A DNA stretch of 64,000 nucleotides, taken from an uncultured delta proteobacterium. Its GTDB lineage: Bacteria > Desulfobacterota > BSN033 > UBA1163. The stretch spans positions 192,001 through 256,000 of the forward strand of contig CAWHBU010000006.1 in assembly GCA_963827685.1 (NCBI GenBank). The letters run 5' to 3'. Shown one piece after another: positions 49,642 to 59,905 of this stretch. How positions within the stretch are numbered: position 1 is the first letter of the stretch; every line of letters begins with the position of its first letter. A program made the translations under genes and the position numbers. The notes beneath the pieces are model-generated. The model did not search any database. It was not told the origin of the DNA and saw only the letters and a program-made list of their open reading frames with translations.

Positions 49642-50100
49642 ATGGCAGGAACTAAAAAGGTCCTCTTTCTCTGCACAGGAAACTCAGTCCGGAGTCAGAT
49701 GGCCGAGGGTTTGTTGAATGCTTTCGGTTCCGGTCAATGGAAGGCCCAGAGCGGAGGGGTCATCTCATCCTATGTCCACCCCCTGGCCATTCAGGTGATG
49801 GGAGAAATAGGAATTGATATCTCCAAGAAGACCTCTAAATCCATGGATCAATTCATCAAACAAAGATTTGATTATGTGATCACCCTTTGTGACGAGGCGG
49901 CCAAATCTTGTCCGAGCTTCGGTGGCCAGGGCAAGAGACTCCATTGGCCTTTTGAAGACCCTGCGGCGGTCATGGGAACCACTGAAGAAAGATTAGCGGT
50001 ATTTCGAAGGATAAGAGATGAGATTAAGAAAAAGATCGAAGAATTTTTAAAGTCTGAATCTTTTGAACCCATCGATCCGATTGCTTCATTTAAATTTTAA
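49642..50100 (+). CDS. arsC: Arsenate reductase / LMW phosphatase family
   Basis: LFLCTGNSVRSQMAEG, VITLCD...CP, HWPFEDP. Confidence 0.85.
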   Translation: MAGTKKVLFLCTGNSVRSQMAEGLLNAFGSGQWKAQSGGVISSYVHPLAIQVMGEIGIDISKKTSKSMDQFIKQRFDYVITLCDEAAKSCPSFGGQGKRLHWPFEDPAAVMGTTEERLAVFRRIRDEIKKKIEEFLKSESFEPIDPIASFKF

Positions 50101-50975
50101 GCTCCAGCCTTTCTCATTAGCCTCTTCCAGGTCTTCTCCACATTTTCTTGAATCACTTCAATTTCCGAATTGGTCAAGTGGCTGAAGCGGCCCTGAAGCT
50201 TTAAATACTCTTTTACGGGAACGACATGAGATTCTTCTTGAATGGTGTAAGATATCCCATTCTCGATTTCATAAAGAGGAAAGACCCTTGACCGCACGGC
50301 AAGCCTTGAGACCTTGACGGTGAGCTCTGAAGGCATCCTCCAACCTGGAGAACAAGGAGAAAGGAGATGGATAAATCGGGTTCCTCGGATGCTCTTCGCT
50401 TTTTCCATCTTTCTTAACAAGTCTTCCGGATAGGCAATCGTAGCTGTCGCTGCATAAGGGATCTGATGATCGGCCATGATCGCCATGATGTCTTTTTTGG
50501 GATTTTCTTTGGGCTTCGTGACCGGAGTAGTCGTGGTCCAAGCGAACAGGGGCGTGGCGGAGCTCCGTTGTGTGCCTGTGTTCATGTAGCCTTCGTTGTC
50601 GTTACAGATATAAATGAAATCTTCGTTCCGCTCGGCCGCACCCGATAAGGCCTGAAGTCCAATATCAAAAGTCCCACCATCCCCAGCCCATACCGCTACC
50701 ACAGCCTCATGATCACCCCGAATATCTAAAGCGGCTCTAACACCTGAGGCAGTTGCTCCGCCTGTGACAAAACCAGCATGAACCACTGGAATTCGGAAAC
50801 TCGAATAAGGCCAAAACCCCGGGATGATGGACCAGCAAGAAGCAGGAAAGACCATGACGGTCTTCTCGCCGAGGGCCTTGAGGGTGAGGCGCATACTCAC
50901 CGCTGCTCCACATCCAGCACAGGCGAGATGGCCATGTCCAAAATTTTCTGAAAGGGGTATCTCTGTCTTCCTCAT
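50097..50975 (-). CDS. 2-oxoacid:acceptor oxidoreductase beta subunit (TPP-binding)
   Basis: ACAGCG, GDGGTFDIG, DNEGYMNTG.QRS, SPCSPGW. Confidence 0.92.
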   Translation of the reverse strand: MRKTEIPLSENFGHGHLACAGCGAAVSMRLTLKALGEKTVMVFPASCWSIIPGFWPYSSFRIPVVHAGFVTGGATASGVRAALDIRGDHEAVVAVWAGDGGTFDIGLQALSGAAERNEDFIYICNDNEGYMNTGTQRSSATPLFAWTTTTPVTKPKENPKKDIMAIMADHQIPYAATATIAYPEDLLRKMEKAKSIRGTRFIHLLSPCSPGWRMPSELTVKVSRLAVRSRVFPLYEIENGISYTIQEESHVVPVKEYLKLQGRFSHLTNSEIEVIQENVEKTWKRLMRKAGA

Positions 50976-51014
50976 TCTTCCCTCACCGCATTGAAAATTG
51001 AAAAATGCAAAATC

Positions 51015-51100
51015 GAGATTGCCACGTCATCCCGTTATCCGGGACTCCTCGCAACGACATATTATAAAGGATGTCATTGCGAGCGAAGCGAAGCAATCCC
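51015..51100. repeat. REP-like palindrome pair between alpha and beta genes
   Basis: GAGATTGCCACGTC...CTCCTCGCAACGAC and TGTCATTGCGAGCGAAGCGAAGCAATC. Confidence 0.6.
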
Positions 51101-51133
51101 TTATTTTAGCCACTACTGATTTTGCTTTGATCC

Positions 51134-52288
51134 TTATCTTTTCAGCCCCAGCCACAAAATCTCCTCTTCAGGACGGGGGTGTTCCGCTGTGTATTGGATC
51201 GCTTCTTCAATCAGTTCTGGAGTGATGTCCCTCCCACCGAGTCCTGAGATGAATCCAAAGACTTGAGGCCTCTCCTCTCTCGAATAAAGAGAGGCTCTTA
51301 ATTCTTGGGCAAAGATGCCTCCCACTCCTGCCGAGAGATTTCTATCAATGACCGCTACCTTCTTTGCTCCTTTAATTTCCTTATAAATTTCTTCAATGGG
51401 GAAGGGTCGAAATCTCTTAATCTTTAATCCGGCGACACTGTTTCCTTTCCCAATCAGTTTCTCGATGACGATCCTCGAGGTGCCAGTCACCGTGCCGGAG
51501 GTCATCAGAAGAATTTCTGCTTCCTCTTTTCCATATCTCTCAATCGCCCCATACCCGCGACCGAATCGCGATCTGAATTCATCATCCACCTTTTTGGCGA
51601 CCTCCGGAATCTGTTCCATCGCCTTTTGAATTTTGTATCGAAACTCCAAAAAGTGGTCCGGCGTGGCGATCGTTGAAAAGGCCATGGGTTCTTGAGTATC
51701 GATGGGATACTCCGGACAGTAGGGCGGTAAGAAGGCGTCCACCTCCTCCATCGTGGGAATCTCTACAGGCTCGGAGGTATGGGAGAGGACATACGCATCG
51801 AGGACAACCATCACGGGAAGCTTGACCGATTCTGCAATACGATAAGCCTGGAGGACGGTATCGAGGACTTCTTGATTATGTTCGCAATAGAGTTGAACCC
51901 ATCCTGTATCCCGCTGAGAAAGGGAGTCACTCTGATCGCTCCAGATATTCCACGGTGGGGCAATGGCCCGATTGACATTCACCAGCACAATAGGAAGGCG
52001 CGCACCAGAGGCCCAATGGAGCATTTCATGCATATAGGCCAATCCTTGAGAGGAGGTCGCCGTAAAGCATCTCACCCCTCCCGTGGAGGCTCCAATCAGA
52101 GCCGCCATGGCGGAATGCTCTGACTCCACCTTTAAGAAGACCGTTTTCATGCGACCGCTTGCGATCAGCTCTGATAGCTCTTCAACGATCGTTGTCTGCG
52201 GGGTAATGGGATAGGCGGAGATGACGTCGACACGGCTCAAGATCACTCCATAGGCCACCGCTTGATTTCCTGTGATGACCTTTTTCAT
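51134..52288 (-). CDS. 2-oxoacid:acceptor oxidoreductase alpha subunit
   Basis: GNQAVA, AYPITPQT, VESEHSA, ATSSQGL, GLGGRD. Confidence 0.93.
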   Translation of the reverse strand: MKKVITGNQAVAYGVILSRVDVISAYPITPQTTIVEELSELIASGRMKTVFLKVESEHSAMAALIGASTGGVRCFTATSSQGLAYMHEMLHWASGARLPIVLVNVNRAIAPPWNIWSDQSDSLSQRDTGWVQLYCEHNQEVLDTVLQAYRIAESVKLPVMVVLDAYVLSHTSEPVEIPTMEEVDAFLPPYCPEYPIDTQEPMAFSTIATPDHFLEFRYKIQKAMEQIPEVAKKVDDEFRSRFGRGYGAIERYGKEEAEILLMTSGTVTGTSRIVIEKLIGKGNSVAGLKIKRFRPFPIEEIYKEIKGAKKVAVIDRNLSAGVGGIFAQELRASLYSREERPQVFGFISGLGGRDITPELIEEAIQYTAEHPRPEEEILWLGLKR

Positions 52289-54030
52289 CTCGCCTCCTCT
52301 TTTAACGAAATGGCCCCCCGGGGACATTCGGAAAAACAGATTCCACAACCTTTACAAAAATCGTAATCCACCTGATGGGAGAGGACTTCTCCTGTTTTGA
52401 TGATGGAGGCATCAGGGCAGAAGACATAACAGTTCTTACATTCAATACAGGTCCCGCAACTGAAACATCTTTCCGCCTCTTCTAATGCGACGCCCTCTGT
52501 GAAGCCCGAGGTCACCTCTCCAAATCCTTTGATCCTCTTTTTGACTAAGCCTTTAGATTCCCTTTGCCTTCTTGAAGGTTCAAAGTAGTCCGTATTCAAT
52601 TCGTCAAAGGTGACAACATGGGGATTCATCAGCCTCTCTTGGGGATGGAGATATCTGAAGATCGAGAGTGAAGGACCATCTCCTATCAGAATTTGACGGA
52701 GCGCTTCTTCTGAGTCTTTGCCTTTCAAGTAACAATCCATAGCCAGGGCAGCCTTTTTGCCCGAACCAATGGCATGGGCTACGGTTCGCTGGTTTGAAGT
52801 GAGATCCCCTCCTGCGAAGATTCCTTTGATACCTGTGCTTCCATCTCTCTGCGTGAGAACAATCCCTTCTTTCTTCTCCAATCCTTTTGGAAAAAAGGAA
52901 ACTTCTATCTCTTCTCCTGCTGCAATGATCACACTCTCTGCTTCGAAGAAAAAATTGGAATTAGGAATGGGAACAGGTCTTCTCCGACCACTCTCATCCT
53001 TTTCTCCAAGCTCCATTCGCAAACACTCCAACCGTTTCATGCTATCTTTTTGTTGAATACGGATGGGATTGACCAGATATCTTATCTTCACCCCCTCTTC
53101 AATGGCTTCCACCATCTCATCTTCAAAAGCAGGCATCTCCTCCTTTGAACGGCGGTAAAGAATGGTCGCCTTCTTTCCCAATCGGATGACTGATCGTGCC
53201 ACATCGATGGCCGTATTTCCCCCGCCGATGATAGCAATCTTGTCACCTAACTTTACTTTCTTACTTAGGTTGATCTTCTTCAGGAGGCCAAGACCGCTAA
53301 AGACACTCTTTCCTCCCTCGCCGGGGATATGAAGGCCTCTGCTTCGATGGGCTCCTGTGGCAATGAAGATGGCTTGATAATCCTTTAAGTCATCTAATTC
53401 TAACTTTTCACCAAATGGCATTTCTGTTCGAATCTCCACCCCCAACGCCACAATATTTGAAATCTCCCTATCTAAAACATCTTTCGGCAATCGATAAGAC
53501 GGGATTCCTGTCCTCAACATACCACCCGCTAAAGAGGAAGATTCAAAGACAGTGATATCATAACCAAGTTTTGCCAGATGATAGGCACAACTCATCCCGG
53601 CAGGTCCAGATCCTATAATAGCAATCTTCTCCTTCCTTACTCCTGGTATTTTTTCTATTCTCTTATTCAGGTCTAAAGCAAAATCTGAGACGAACCTCTC
53701 CAAGGCATGGATGGCAATCGGTTCATCATAGCTTGCCCGATTACATTTCGACTCGCAGGGATGAAAGCAGACTCTGCCACAGATTCCTGGAAAAGGATTC
53801 TCCTCCTTGATTAGATTCCAGGCCCCTTCAAAATCTCCTTGCGATGTCTTCTGTATAAATCCGACAATATCATTTCCCACCGGACAACCGGCACTGCAAG
53901 GCGATGTCTTGTCTTCATAAAAAGGACGCTGTGCCCTCCACGCCCCCGTTTTATTCCAGTCCATATCTCCTAAAGAAATGGAAATCATCGGCATTTCAGA
54001 GGCACCTTTGAACGTAAACTGTTTTGTCAT
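52285..54030 (-). CDS. Delta (ferredoxin) subunit fused with GltD/NfnB-like FAD/NAD(P) oxidoreductase
   Basis: N-terminal NKTGAWR..RP; PC...CP, CGRVC.HPCE..C, GSGPAG, GGGNTAID; C-terminal CIECKNC..FCPD, CKGCGIC..ECP. Confidence 0.88.
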   Translation of the reverse strand: MTKQFTFKGASEMPMISISLGDMDWNKTGAWRAQRPFYEDKTSPCSAGCPVGNDIVGFIQKTSQGDFEGAWNLIKEENPFPGICGRVCFHPCESKCNRASYDEPIAIHALERFVSDFALDLNKRIEKIPGVRKEKIAIIGSGPAGMSCAYHLAKLGYDITVFESSSLAGGMLRTGIPSYRLPKDVLDREISNIVALGVEIRTEMPFGEKLELDDLKDYQAIFIATGAHRSRGLHIPGEGGKSVFSGLGLLKKINLSKKVKLGDKIAIIGGGNTAIDVARSVIRLGKKATILYRRSKEEMPAFEDEMVEAIEEGVKIRYLVNPIRIQQKDSMKRLECLRMELGEKDESGRRRPVPIPNSNFFFEAESVIIAAGEEIEVSFFPKGLEKKEGIVLTQRDGSTGIKGIFAGGDLTSNQRTVAHAIGSGKKAALAMDCYLKGKDSEEALRQILIGDGPSLSIFRYLHPQERLMNPHVVTFDELNTDYFEPSRRQRESKGLVKKRIKGFGEVTSGFTEGVALEEAERCFSCGTCIECKNCYVFCPDASIIKTGEVLSHQVDYDFCKGCGICFSECPRGAISLKEEAR

Positions 54031-54039
54031 CTTATCAGC

Positions 54040-54210
54040 CCTACCCCCTCACCCCCTCCCTCTCCCCGAGGGGCGAGGGGGATAACAATGTTAGAAAAAA
54101 CCCTCCAAAAATCTCCCCTCCCCTGGCGGGAGGGGAAGAAGGGGAGGGGGACTGAAATTCTTTTTGTCCACCCCTACCCTAACCCTCCCCCGTCAAAAGG
54201 GGGAGGGAGA
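54040..54210. repeat. CCCCTCACC..CCCTCTCCC..GGG(A/C)GAGGG REP-like hairpin family
   Basis: Related copies near 14710, 17040, 47200, 55015-55105, 55915-55962, 58880, 59284-59378. Confidence 0.75.
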
Positions 54211-54303
54211 TGGTTAGATAAACTTCAAATATCTTTGGCTGGGATTCATTTGAAATTTGGTCCTTCCATATCGCTATGCTCTATGCGCCATGCGCTATGC
54301 TAT

Positions 54304-54852
54304 TTAAAACCTTACCTCTTGAAAGGCTTCTCTTGCAGCTTTCGCGTTCTCGTCCTTCTTCCCTGAAAGCTCTTCACGAATGGCCAACGCGATGGAATCG
54401 ATTCCTACAAGGCCCGTCACCTTTGAAAAGGCTCCTAGGATGGCTGTATTAACAATTGGACTCGTTCGTGAACCTAAGCCGTTCCGGATGGCAATCGAGG
54501 TGGCGTCGACCGTAGCCGTTCTAAAACCCTTCAGATCACTAAATACCTCAGGAGGCTGGTGTGAATTGATGAGGATCCATCCATTCGGTTTAAGCCCTGA
54601 CGTGACATCGATCGCGCCAATCAGCGTTGGATCAAGAACAACGATATGATCGGGTTCATAGATATTGACCCTTAAATGAATGCGTTGCCGATCCACCCTC
54701 AAGAAGGCCATGACAGGTGCCCCTCGCCTTTCAACTCCAAAGGCAGGGAAGGACTGGACATAGAGGTTTTCATGGAAAAAGGCGACGGCAAGCACCTTGG
54801 ATGCCACCACAGCTCCCTGACCACCTCTTCCATGAAATCGAATCTCAATCAT
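54304..54852 (-). CDS. 2-oxoacid:acceptor oxidoreductase gamma subunit
   Basis: [40 protein letters not shown]. Confidence 0.93.
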
Positions 54853-55123
54853 TCTCTTTAACTAACGTGCCCCTGCCTACCGCAGGCAGGCGTGACCGTC
54901 ATCCGTGTCCGAAACCTCAATTTGAAAAGTCCATTTAAAAGCAATTATAAAATTTATCCCGATAGATTAAAAGTCGACCTTGGGCCTCTCCTATTTCAGA
55001 AGGCATTCCACATTATCTCCCCTCCCCTGGCGGGAGGGGATGAAGGGGAGGGGGGACCATTCTATTTCACCTCCACCCATCTCTCCCCCATCAAAGGGGG
55101 AGAGGAAGAGAAGGCATTGGGTA

Positions 55124-55780
55124 TCAAAAGTCGACCTTCTGCCTCTGCTCCTTCAAGGGTTTGAGATGGCAAGTCTCATTCATCAGCGATAGGATGTATT
55201 TCCCATTCCTGTATTGAATGAAGTTAATGGCCGTCGTATCTTGAGTGATCTGCCAGAAATGGGAGTTATCCAGACCGAGGATGGCACAAATCAAAACTTT
55301 GCAGATGACGCGGTGAGTAACGAGAATAAGGGTCTTTCCAGGATGATTTCGGATCACCTCTTCTATTGCAGCCATCGCCCTTACTCTGACATCATCCAAA
55401 CCTTCCCCGCCCGGAAGCCTGACCAGATGGGGCGTTTCCACCCATTGGCGATAGGTCTTACTGTCATTCTCCCGAATCTCTTGATGCGGACGCCCCTCCC
55501 ATTTTCCAAAGCTCATATCAATTATTCCTTGGAGTGGTTGAACCTTTAGGTCGTGAAATTGGGTAACCTTCTCAGCTGTCTGCCAGGCCCTGGATAGGGG
55601 ACTCGAGAAAACCCCGTCAATCTCCATTCCCTTGAAATATTGTCCTACCAACTCTGCTTGCTTCAGGCCGGTTTCATCAAGGGGAACATCTGTTCTTCCC
55701 CGAAAGATCTCTTCCTTATTCCATGCCGTCTGTCCGTGACGGACAAGGTAGACGGAAGTTATAAGGGATCCCTTTTCCAT
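55124..55780 (-). CDS. Histidine phosphatase (phosphoglycerate mutase/CobC-like)
   Basis: LVRHGQT.WN, SSPLSRA.QTA, FGKWEG, LVTH, NETCHL. Confidence 0.9.
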   Translation of the reverse strand: MEKGSLITSVYLVRHGQTAWNKEEIFRGRTDVPLDETGLKQAELVGQYFKGMEIDGVFSSPLSRAWQTAEKVTQFHDLKVQPLQGIIDMSFGKWEGRPHQEIRENDSKTYRQWVETPHLVRLPGGEGLDDVRVRAMAAIEEVIRNHPGKTLILVTHRVICKVLICAILGLDNSHFWQITQDTTAINFIQYRNGKYILSLMNETCHLKPLKEQRQKVDF

Positions 55781-56144
55781 AGAAATTGTGTTGGAAAATA
55801 AGTTGAGACTTTTATCTCGTAAAATTAGCGAACAATTTCTCTTCTAATTGATATCATTCTCAATGATTACTTATTTTCCATACCATTTTCTGATACCGAA
55901 ATGCAATATCTTTTACCCCCCATCCACCCCTCCCCCTCGAGGGGGAGGGCGAGGGTGGGGGTGATGTCATTTAATCCAACTCGTTTGTTTTAATGTCATC
56001 GCTAAACCTCTTCGTTACCCTCTTCTGGAAATTTTACCTTCCCTAAGAGTTAAGAAAAGTGTATATTAGAAACGTAAATTGGCAATGGAGAAAGAAGCCA
56101 AAAGTTTTAATTTTGTGAAAAGTATGGCTGCAAAATAAGAAATA

Positions 56145-56817
56145 ATGTTGATGCAGGAGAATGAGATGCGGAAACTTACGGTTGACCTTCTTAAGGACGA
56201 GGCTAAGGCTTTCGCCGGAAAGGAATCACGACACAAAGAGGAATCACTCTACGGTGTTACGGACGGCAAAGCGGTCGGCACTTATTTGGAACACAAGTTT
56301 CAGGAAGTGCTACAGAGGAAGTATGAGTATACACGAGGTTCTTCAGCGAAAGGTATAGACTTTCCGAAACTCGGCGTTGACGTCAAGGTGACAAGCATGC
56401 GGCAGCCACAGTCGTCTTGCCCTTTCAAGTCAGCGCGGCAGAAGATATATGGTCTTGGTTATTCTTTGCTGGTATTTGTTTATGGCAAGAAGGACGACTG
56501 AAATACACGAACTGCTACCTTGGACATTAAACACGTCATCTTTATTGAAGGCAGTCAGACCGGAGATTTTCAGACTACGACTGGAATCTTAAAGATTCTG
56601 GATAATAAGGGTAACGCGGATGACCTCATCGCATTTATGACGGAGCGATTTCTGCCAGTGGATGATATTCAGGCCAAAAAAACTAGCGGAAGAAATCCTC
56701 AGGACTCGGCCGCAAGTTGGTTATCTGACAATTTCAAATGCACTTCAGTGGCGACTTCAGTATTCCAGGGTGATTGCGGAGGCGGGCAAAGTGAATGGCG
56801 TTCAGCGCATAGTATGA
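56145..56817 (+). pseudogene. Type II restriction endonuclease (NspV-like by recollection), inactivated
   Basis: GVTDGKAVGTY.EHKF, GIDFP..VDVKVTS..QPQSSCP; in-frame TGA 56499-501; +1 frameshift in A7 (56676-82); restored tail ...SNALQWRLQYSRV...V* overlaps the MTase ATG (ATGA). Confidence 0.8.
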
Positions 56818-58385
56818 ATATGGCAAAGGTAAAAAGCAAAATCGAATATGGTGATTTCCAGACGCCACGCGTTCTGGCGGACTCGATTGTGGCTTTCCTC
56901 CGCAACGCAGGAATATCTCCATCTGTTATCGTTGAACCGACATGCGGGCTTGGGAGTTTTGTCTTGACCGCAATTGAGGGTTTTCACGCCGTCCACCAAG
57001 TGTTCGCATACGACATCAAAGCGGACTACGTCTCCGCTTTGCGGAAGACGCTTCGCGATACAAATGGGGTTCATTGTCAAGTGGCTCAACAGGATTTTTT
57101 CATCTTCAACTGGAAGGAATTCTTCGCTGCGTTTCGAGGGGAAATCCTTGTCCTCGGAAATCCTCCGTGGGTGACCAACGCCGCCCTCGGGGCGCTTGGA
57201 AGCAACAATCTTCCCAAGAAAACGAACTTCCAAAACCGCTCCGGTTTTGCGGCCAAAACGGGCAAAGCGAACTTCGATATTTCGGAATGGATGTTGATCA
57301 AACTCCTTGAATCCCTTGATGGTCAACGCGGTTGTGTTGCCATGCTCTGCAAGACAGCCACCGCACGGAAGGTGCTGCGGCATGGATGGGTCAACCGCTT
57401 CAACATCGGTCGGGCGACCATCCATCTAATCGACGCAGCCGCGTGCTTCGGTGTTTCAGTTGGCGCATGTCTGCTCGTTGTACATACGGGCGTCCCCGAC
57501 CTGTCTCCCACGGCGGGAGTTTACTCGGATCTGACCTTCGACCACAAAGTAACTACGTTCGGCCTTATAGGTAGGGAACTCGTCGCGGACGTTGACGAAT
57601 ATAATCGCCTTAGAGACCTCGACGGACTTGCCTATTATACATGGCGATCCGGTGTGAAGCATGATTCGGCTTCTGTGATGGAGTTCAAAAAGGATGGTTC
57701 CACTCTTATCAACGGGCTTGGTGAACGCATTGAACTCGAACAGACCTACATGTATCCTTTGCTGAAGTCATCCGACCTTGCCAATGGCAGGCTCACGCCA
57801 AAACGCTACGTCCTTGTCACTCAGTGCAGGCCTGGGGATGACACGAAGGCTATTTCAAAGGCTGCTCCGAAGACTTGGTCTTATCTACTGCGCCACGCAG
57901 ATGTTCTGGATCGACGCCAGAGCATCATCTATCAGAAGCGATCAAGGTTCTCAGTATTCGGTGTGGGGGACTACACATTCTCCCCCTGGAAAGTTGCAAT
58001 CTCCGGACTTTACAAGAACTGCCGATTCGAGGTCGTCGGCAAGTACCAGAACAAGCCCGTGGTCTTAGACGACACATGCTACTTCATCCCCTGCAGTTCT
58101 GAACAAGAAGCATCCTTCGCGTGCCTGCTACTGAATTCAGACCTTGCTAAGCGGTTTCTTCATGCACTCGTGTTCTTTGATGCAAAGAGACCGGTTACCA
58201 TCGACGTGCTTAACCGAATCGACCTGAAACGAGTCGCGGAGAGACTCGGCTTGGAAAGTGATGCACGCAAGTATTTCCGCGACGCTGCCTTTTTCGAGGG
58301 ACGTCAAGGTCTCCTCGTCTTTGAAAAACAAGAAAAATATCGAACAAAGGCATCCAGCAGACGTCACGTTCCACCCCGCCGCTGA
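56814..58385 (+). CDS. N6-adenine DNA methyltransferase (type II R-M, gamma class)
   Basis: EYGDFQTP, VEPTCGLGSF (motif I), GNPPW (motif IV), SGVKHD; true start 56814, not 56520. Confidence 0.87.
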   Translation: MNMAKVKSKIEYGDFQTPRVLADSIVAFLRNAGISPSVIVEPTCGLGSFVLTAIEGFHAVHQVFAYDIKADYVSALRKTLRDTNGVHCQVAQQDFFIFNWKEFFAAFRGEILVLGNPPWVTNAALGALGSNNLPKKTNFQNRSGFAAKTGKANFDISEWMLIKLLESLDGQRGCVAMLCKTATARKVLRHGWVNRFNIGRATIHLIDAAACFGVSVGACLLVVHTGVPDLSPTAGVYSDLTFDHKVTTFGLIGRELVADVDEYNRLRDLDGLAYYTWRSGVKHDSASVMEFKKDGSTLINGLGERIELEQTYMYPLLKSSDLANGRLTPKRYVLVTQCRPGDDTKAISKAAPKTWSYLLRHADVLDRRQSIIYQKRSRFSVFGVGDYTFSPWKVAISGLYKNCRFEVVGKYQNKPVVLDDTCYFIPCSSEQEASFACLLLNSDLAKRFLHALVFFDAKRPVTIDVLNRIDLKRVAERLGLESDARKYFRDAAFFEGRQGLLVFEKQEKYRTKASSRRHVPPRR

Positions 58386-58400
58386 TGCTGGTCCTTTGCA
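58339..58400 (+). other. Degenerate integron attC-like site
   Basis: ATCGAAC (R''), GCATCCAGCAGACG / CGCCGCTGATGC (L boxes with extrahelical C), degenerate R' CTTTGCA. Confidence 0.55.
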
Positions 58401-58425
58401 TATATTACTGAAGGCAGGTGAAACA

Positions 58426-58743
58426 ATGAAGATTGATATCGACAAGCTTAGCGAGGCAGAGCTCATCGCCCTCAACAACAGGATCGTTGAACGTTTGCGT
58501 TTCCTCAATCAGAAGCGCGCACATGAGCAAATGCTGAATTTCCGGATCGGCGACCGCGTCACTTTTCAGCCGGAAGGGCGGCCACCGGTGGTAGGAATGC
58601 TGACACGCTACAACAGGAAGACTGTAACCATTATCACCGAGGAGGGGCAGCACTGGAACGTATCGCCACGTCTCCTTCGGAAGGCCGTCTCTGAAAACGC
58701 GGACATTACCAGTACCAACGTAGTTCGGCTGAGAAAAGAATAA
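58426..58743 (+). CDS. Hypothetical protein (cassette-like)
   Basis: MKIDIDKLSEAELIALN.RIVERL..., FRIGDRVTF, G.LTRYNRKTVT, WNVSP.LL; RBS CAGGTG. Confidence 0.75.
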   Translation: MKIDIDKLSEAELIALNNRIVERLRFLNQKRAHEQMLNFRIGDRVTFQPEGRPPVVGMLTRYNRKTVTIITEEGQHWNVSPRLLRKAVSENADITSTNVVRLRKE

Positions 58744-58749
58744 GCGGCG

Positions 58750-58811
58750 TCCCCACTTAAGGCTATTCAGCTGATTGGTTATAGCGTCGGCTAATCTTGA
58801 GCATTATGGCA
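58750..58811 (+). other. Second, more decayed attC-like site
   Basis: AAGGCTATTCAGCTGA...CGTCGGCTAATCTTGAGCATTATG, just after the stop codon. Confidence 0.3.
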
Positions 58812-58951
58812 CTTCCTCCATTCAATTATCATCAGCTTTTCGAAGAATACGGGACAGGAAAAGGATACCAAAGAGGAGAATTCCTCCCTTTCGTAAAGGG
58901 AGGGGGGAGGGATTTAGTCTCAGCGTCCATACAATTATCGACTGATTAGAA

Positions 58952-59089
58952 GTGAGAAATGTTACGCAAATGTTGATAGGGGGCGTTATCATCCTGTTCA
59001 TTAGCGGATGTGCAAGCCAACCACCGGTGAAAAGTGTTGTCTCTGAAAGAGAAGCTGCCGAAATTCACCTGATGGGAGGAGGTCCATAA
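58952..59089 (+). pseudogene. Short lipoprotein-like ORF, probably a remnant
   Basis: MLIGGVIILFISGC lipobox, then ends after about 25 residues. Confidence 0.3.
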
Positions 59090-59692
59090 GACCCAGAGTC
59101 TAGGTTATCCAGTACGTCCAGGATTTCTCAAAACTCTTCCTGAGACCACAGGAAGACAAAGATGAACAAGGACTACTTCCTGTAATCCTTGTTTTTGAAT
59201 CTCGTCAGGCAATACAATATTTCTAATGGAAATCAATAATAAACCTTTCCCATTAATTTGCAAATTACTTACGTAGAAAATACCTCCTCTCCCCTGGTGG
59301 GAGAGGATTGAGGTGAGGGGGATATGAGTTCAATTGTTCACCCCTACCTTCACCCTCCCCAACAAGGGGGAGGGGACTTAGTCATATTTTCATGGTTTGT
59401 GGGTGACGAACCCGTCATGTAAAATTTGTTTAAAAATAAAACTTTAAATCTGGGCCTGAAGAGATCATCCAACCGGAAATTCTTGTCGAATTCATCATCA
59501 AAATTGTCGAAACCCGTTATCAATCGAAATCTAAGAAGAAAGCATTTACTGCTTCAAAAGGATCGACAAACCATTCCGGTTTAAAACTAAGCCTTAAGGC
59601 TCCATTTCTTACAAGAATTGAATTTATCCAACTGTCAAAGGCCTTAATAAGCCAATGAATATTTTAAATAAATCGGCCTGAGGATGCTCAGG

Positions 59693-59905
59693 AATATGTT
59701 TTGAATTCTTTTGAAAATGGATTGGCACAGGAGTTGCTGTCATATCAAATGTGCAGATGTTTCGCTTGGAGATGGAATGTAAATGCTTAAATTTTTGGAA
59801 GCGTAAGGAGTCATGAATAAAAGGCCTAAATAATACGTCAAAAGAAGAAAAAGAGGAGAGGAGGTAAGATTTATGAAAAAGGCAATCATTGCATTAGGGT
59901 TGGTA
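59693..59905 (+). repeat. ~210-bp direct repeat, copy 1 (copy 2 at 62869-63081)
   Basis: Near-identical promoter, 5' UTR, RBS and first 11 codons. Confidence 0.92.
59723..59738 (+). promoter_or_regulatory. Sigma-54 promoter
   Basis: TGGCAC-AGGAG-TTGCT, exact -24/-12 spacing. Confidence 0.8.

Noticed and set aside
56499-56501. Sec read-through of the TGA in the restriction endonuclease
   Set aside because: Not a Cys-type position, no SECIS hairpin, and a second lesion (frameshift) follows
56520-58385. 621-aa REase-MTase fusion protein
   Set aside because: Artefact of the A7 frameshift; ATGA coupling at 56814-56817 marks the real MTase start
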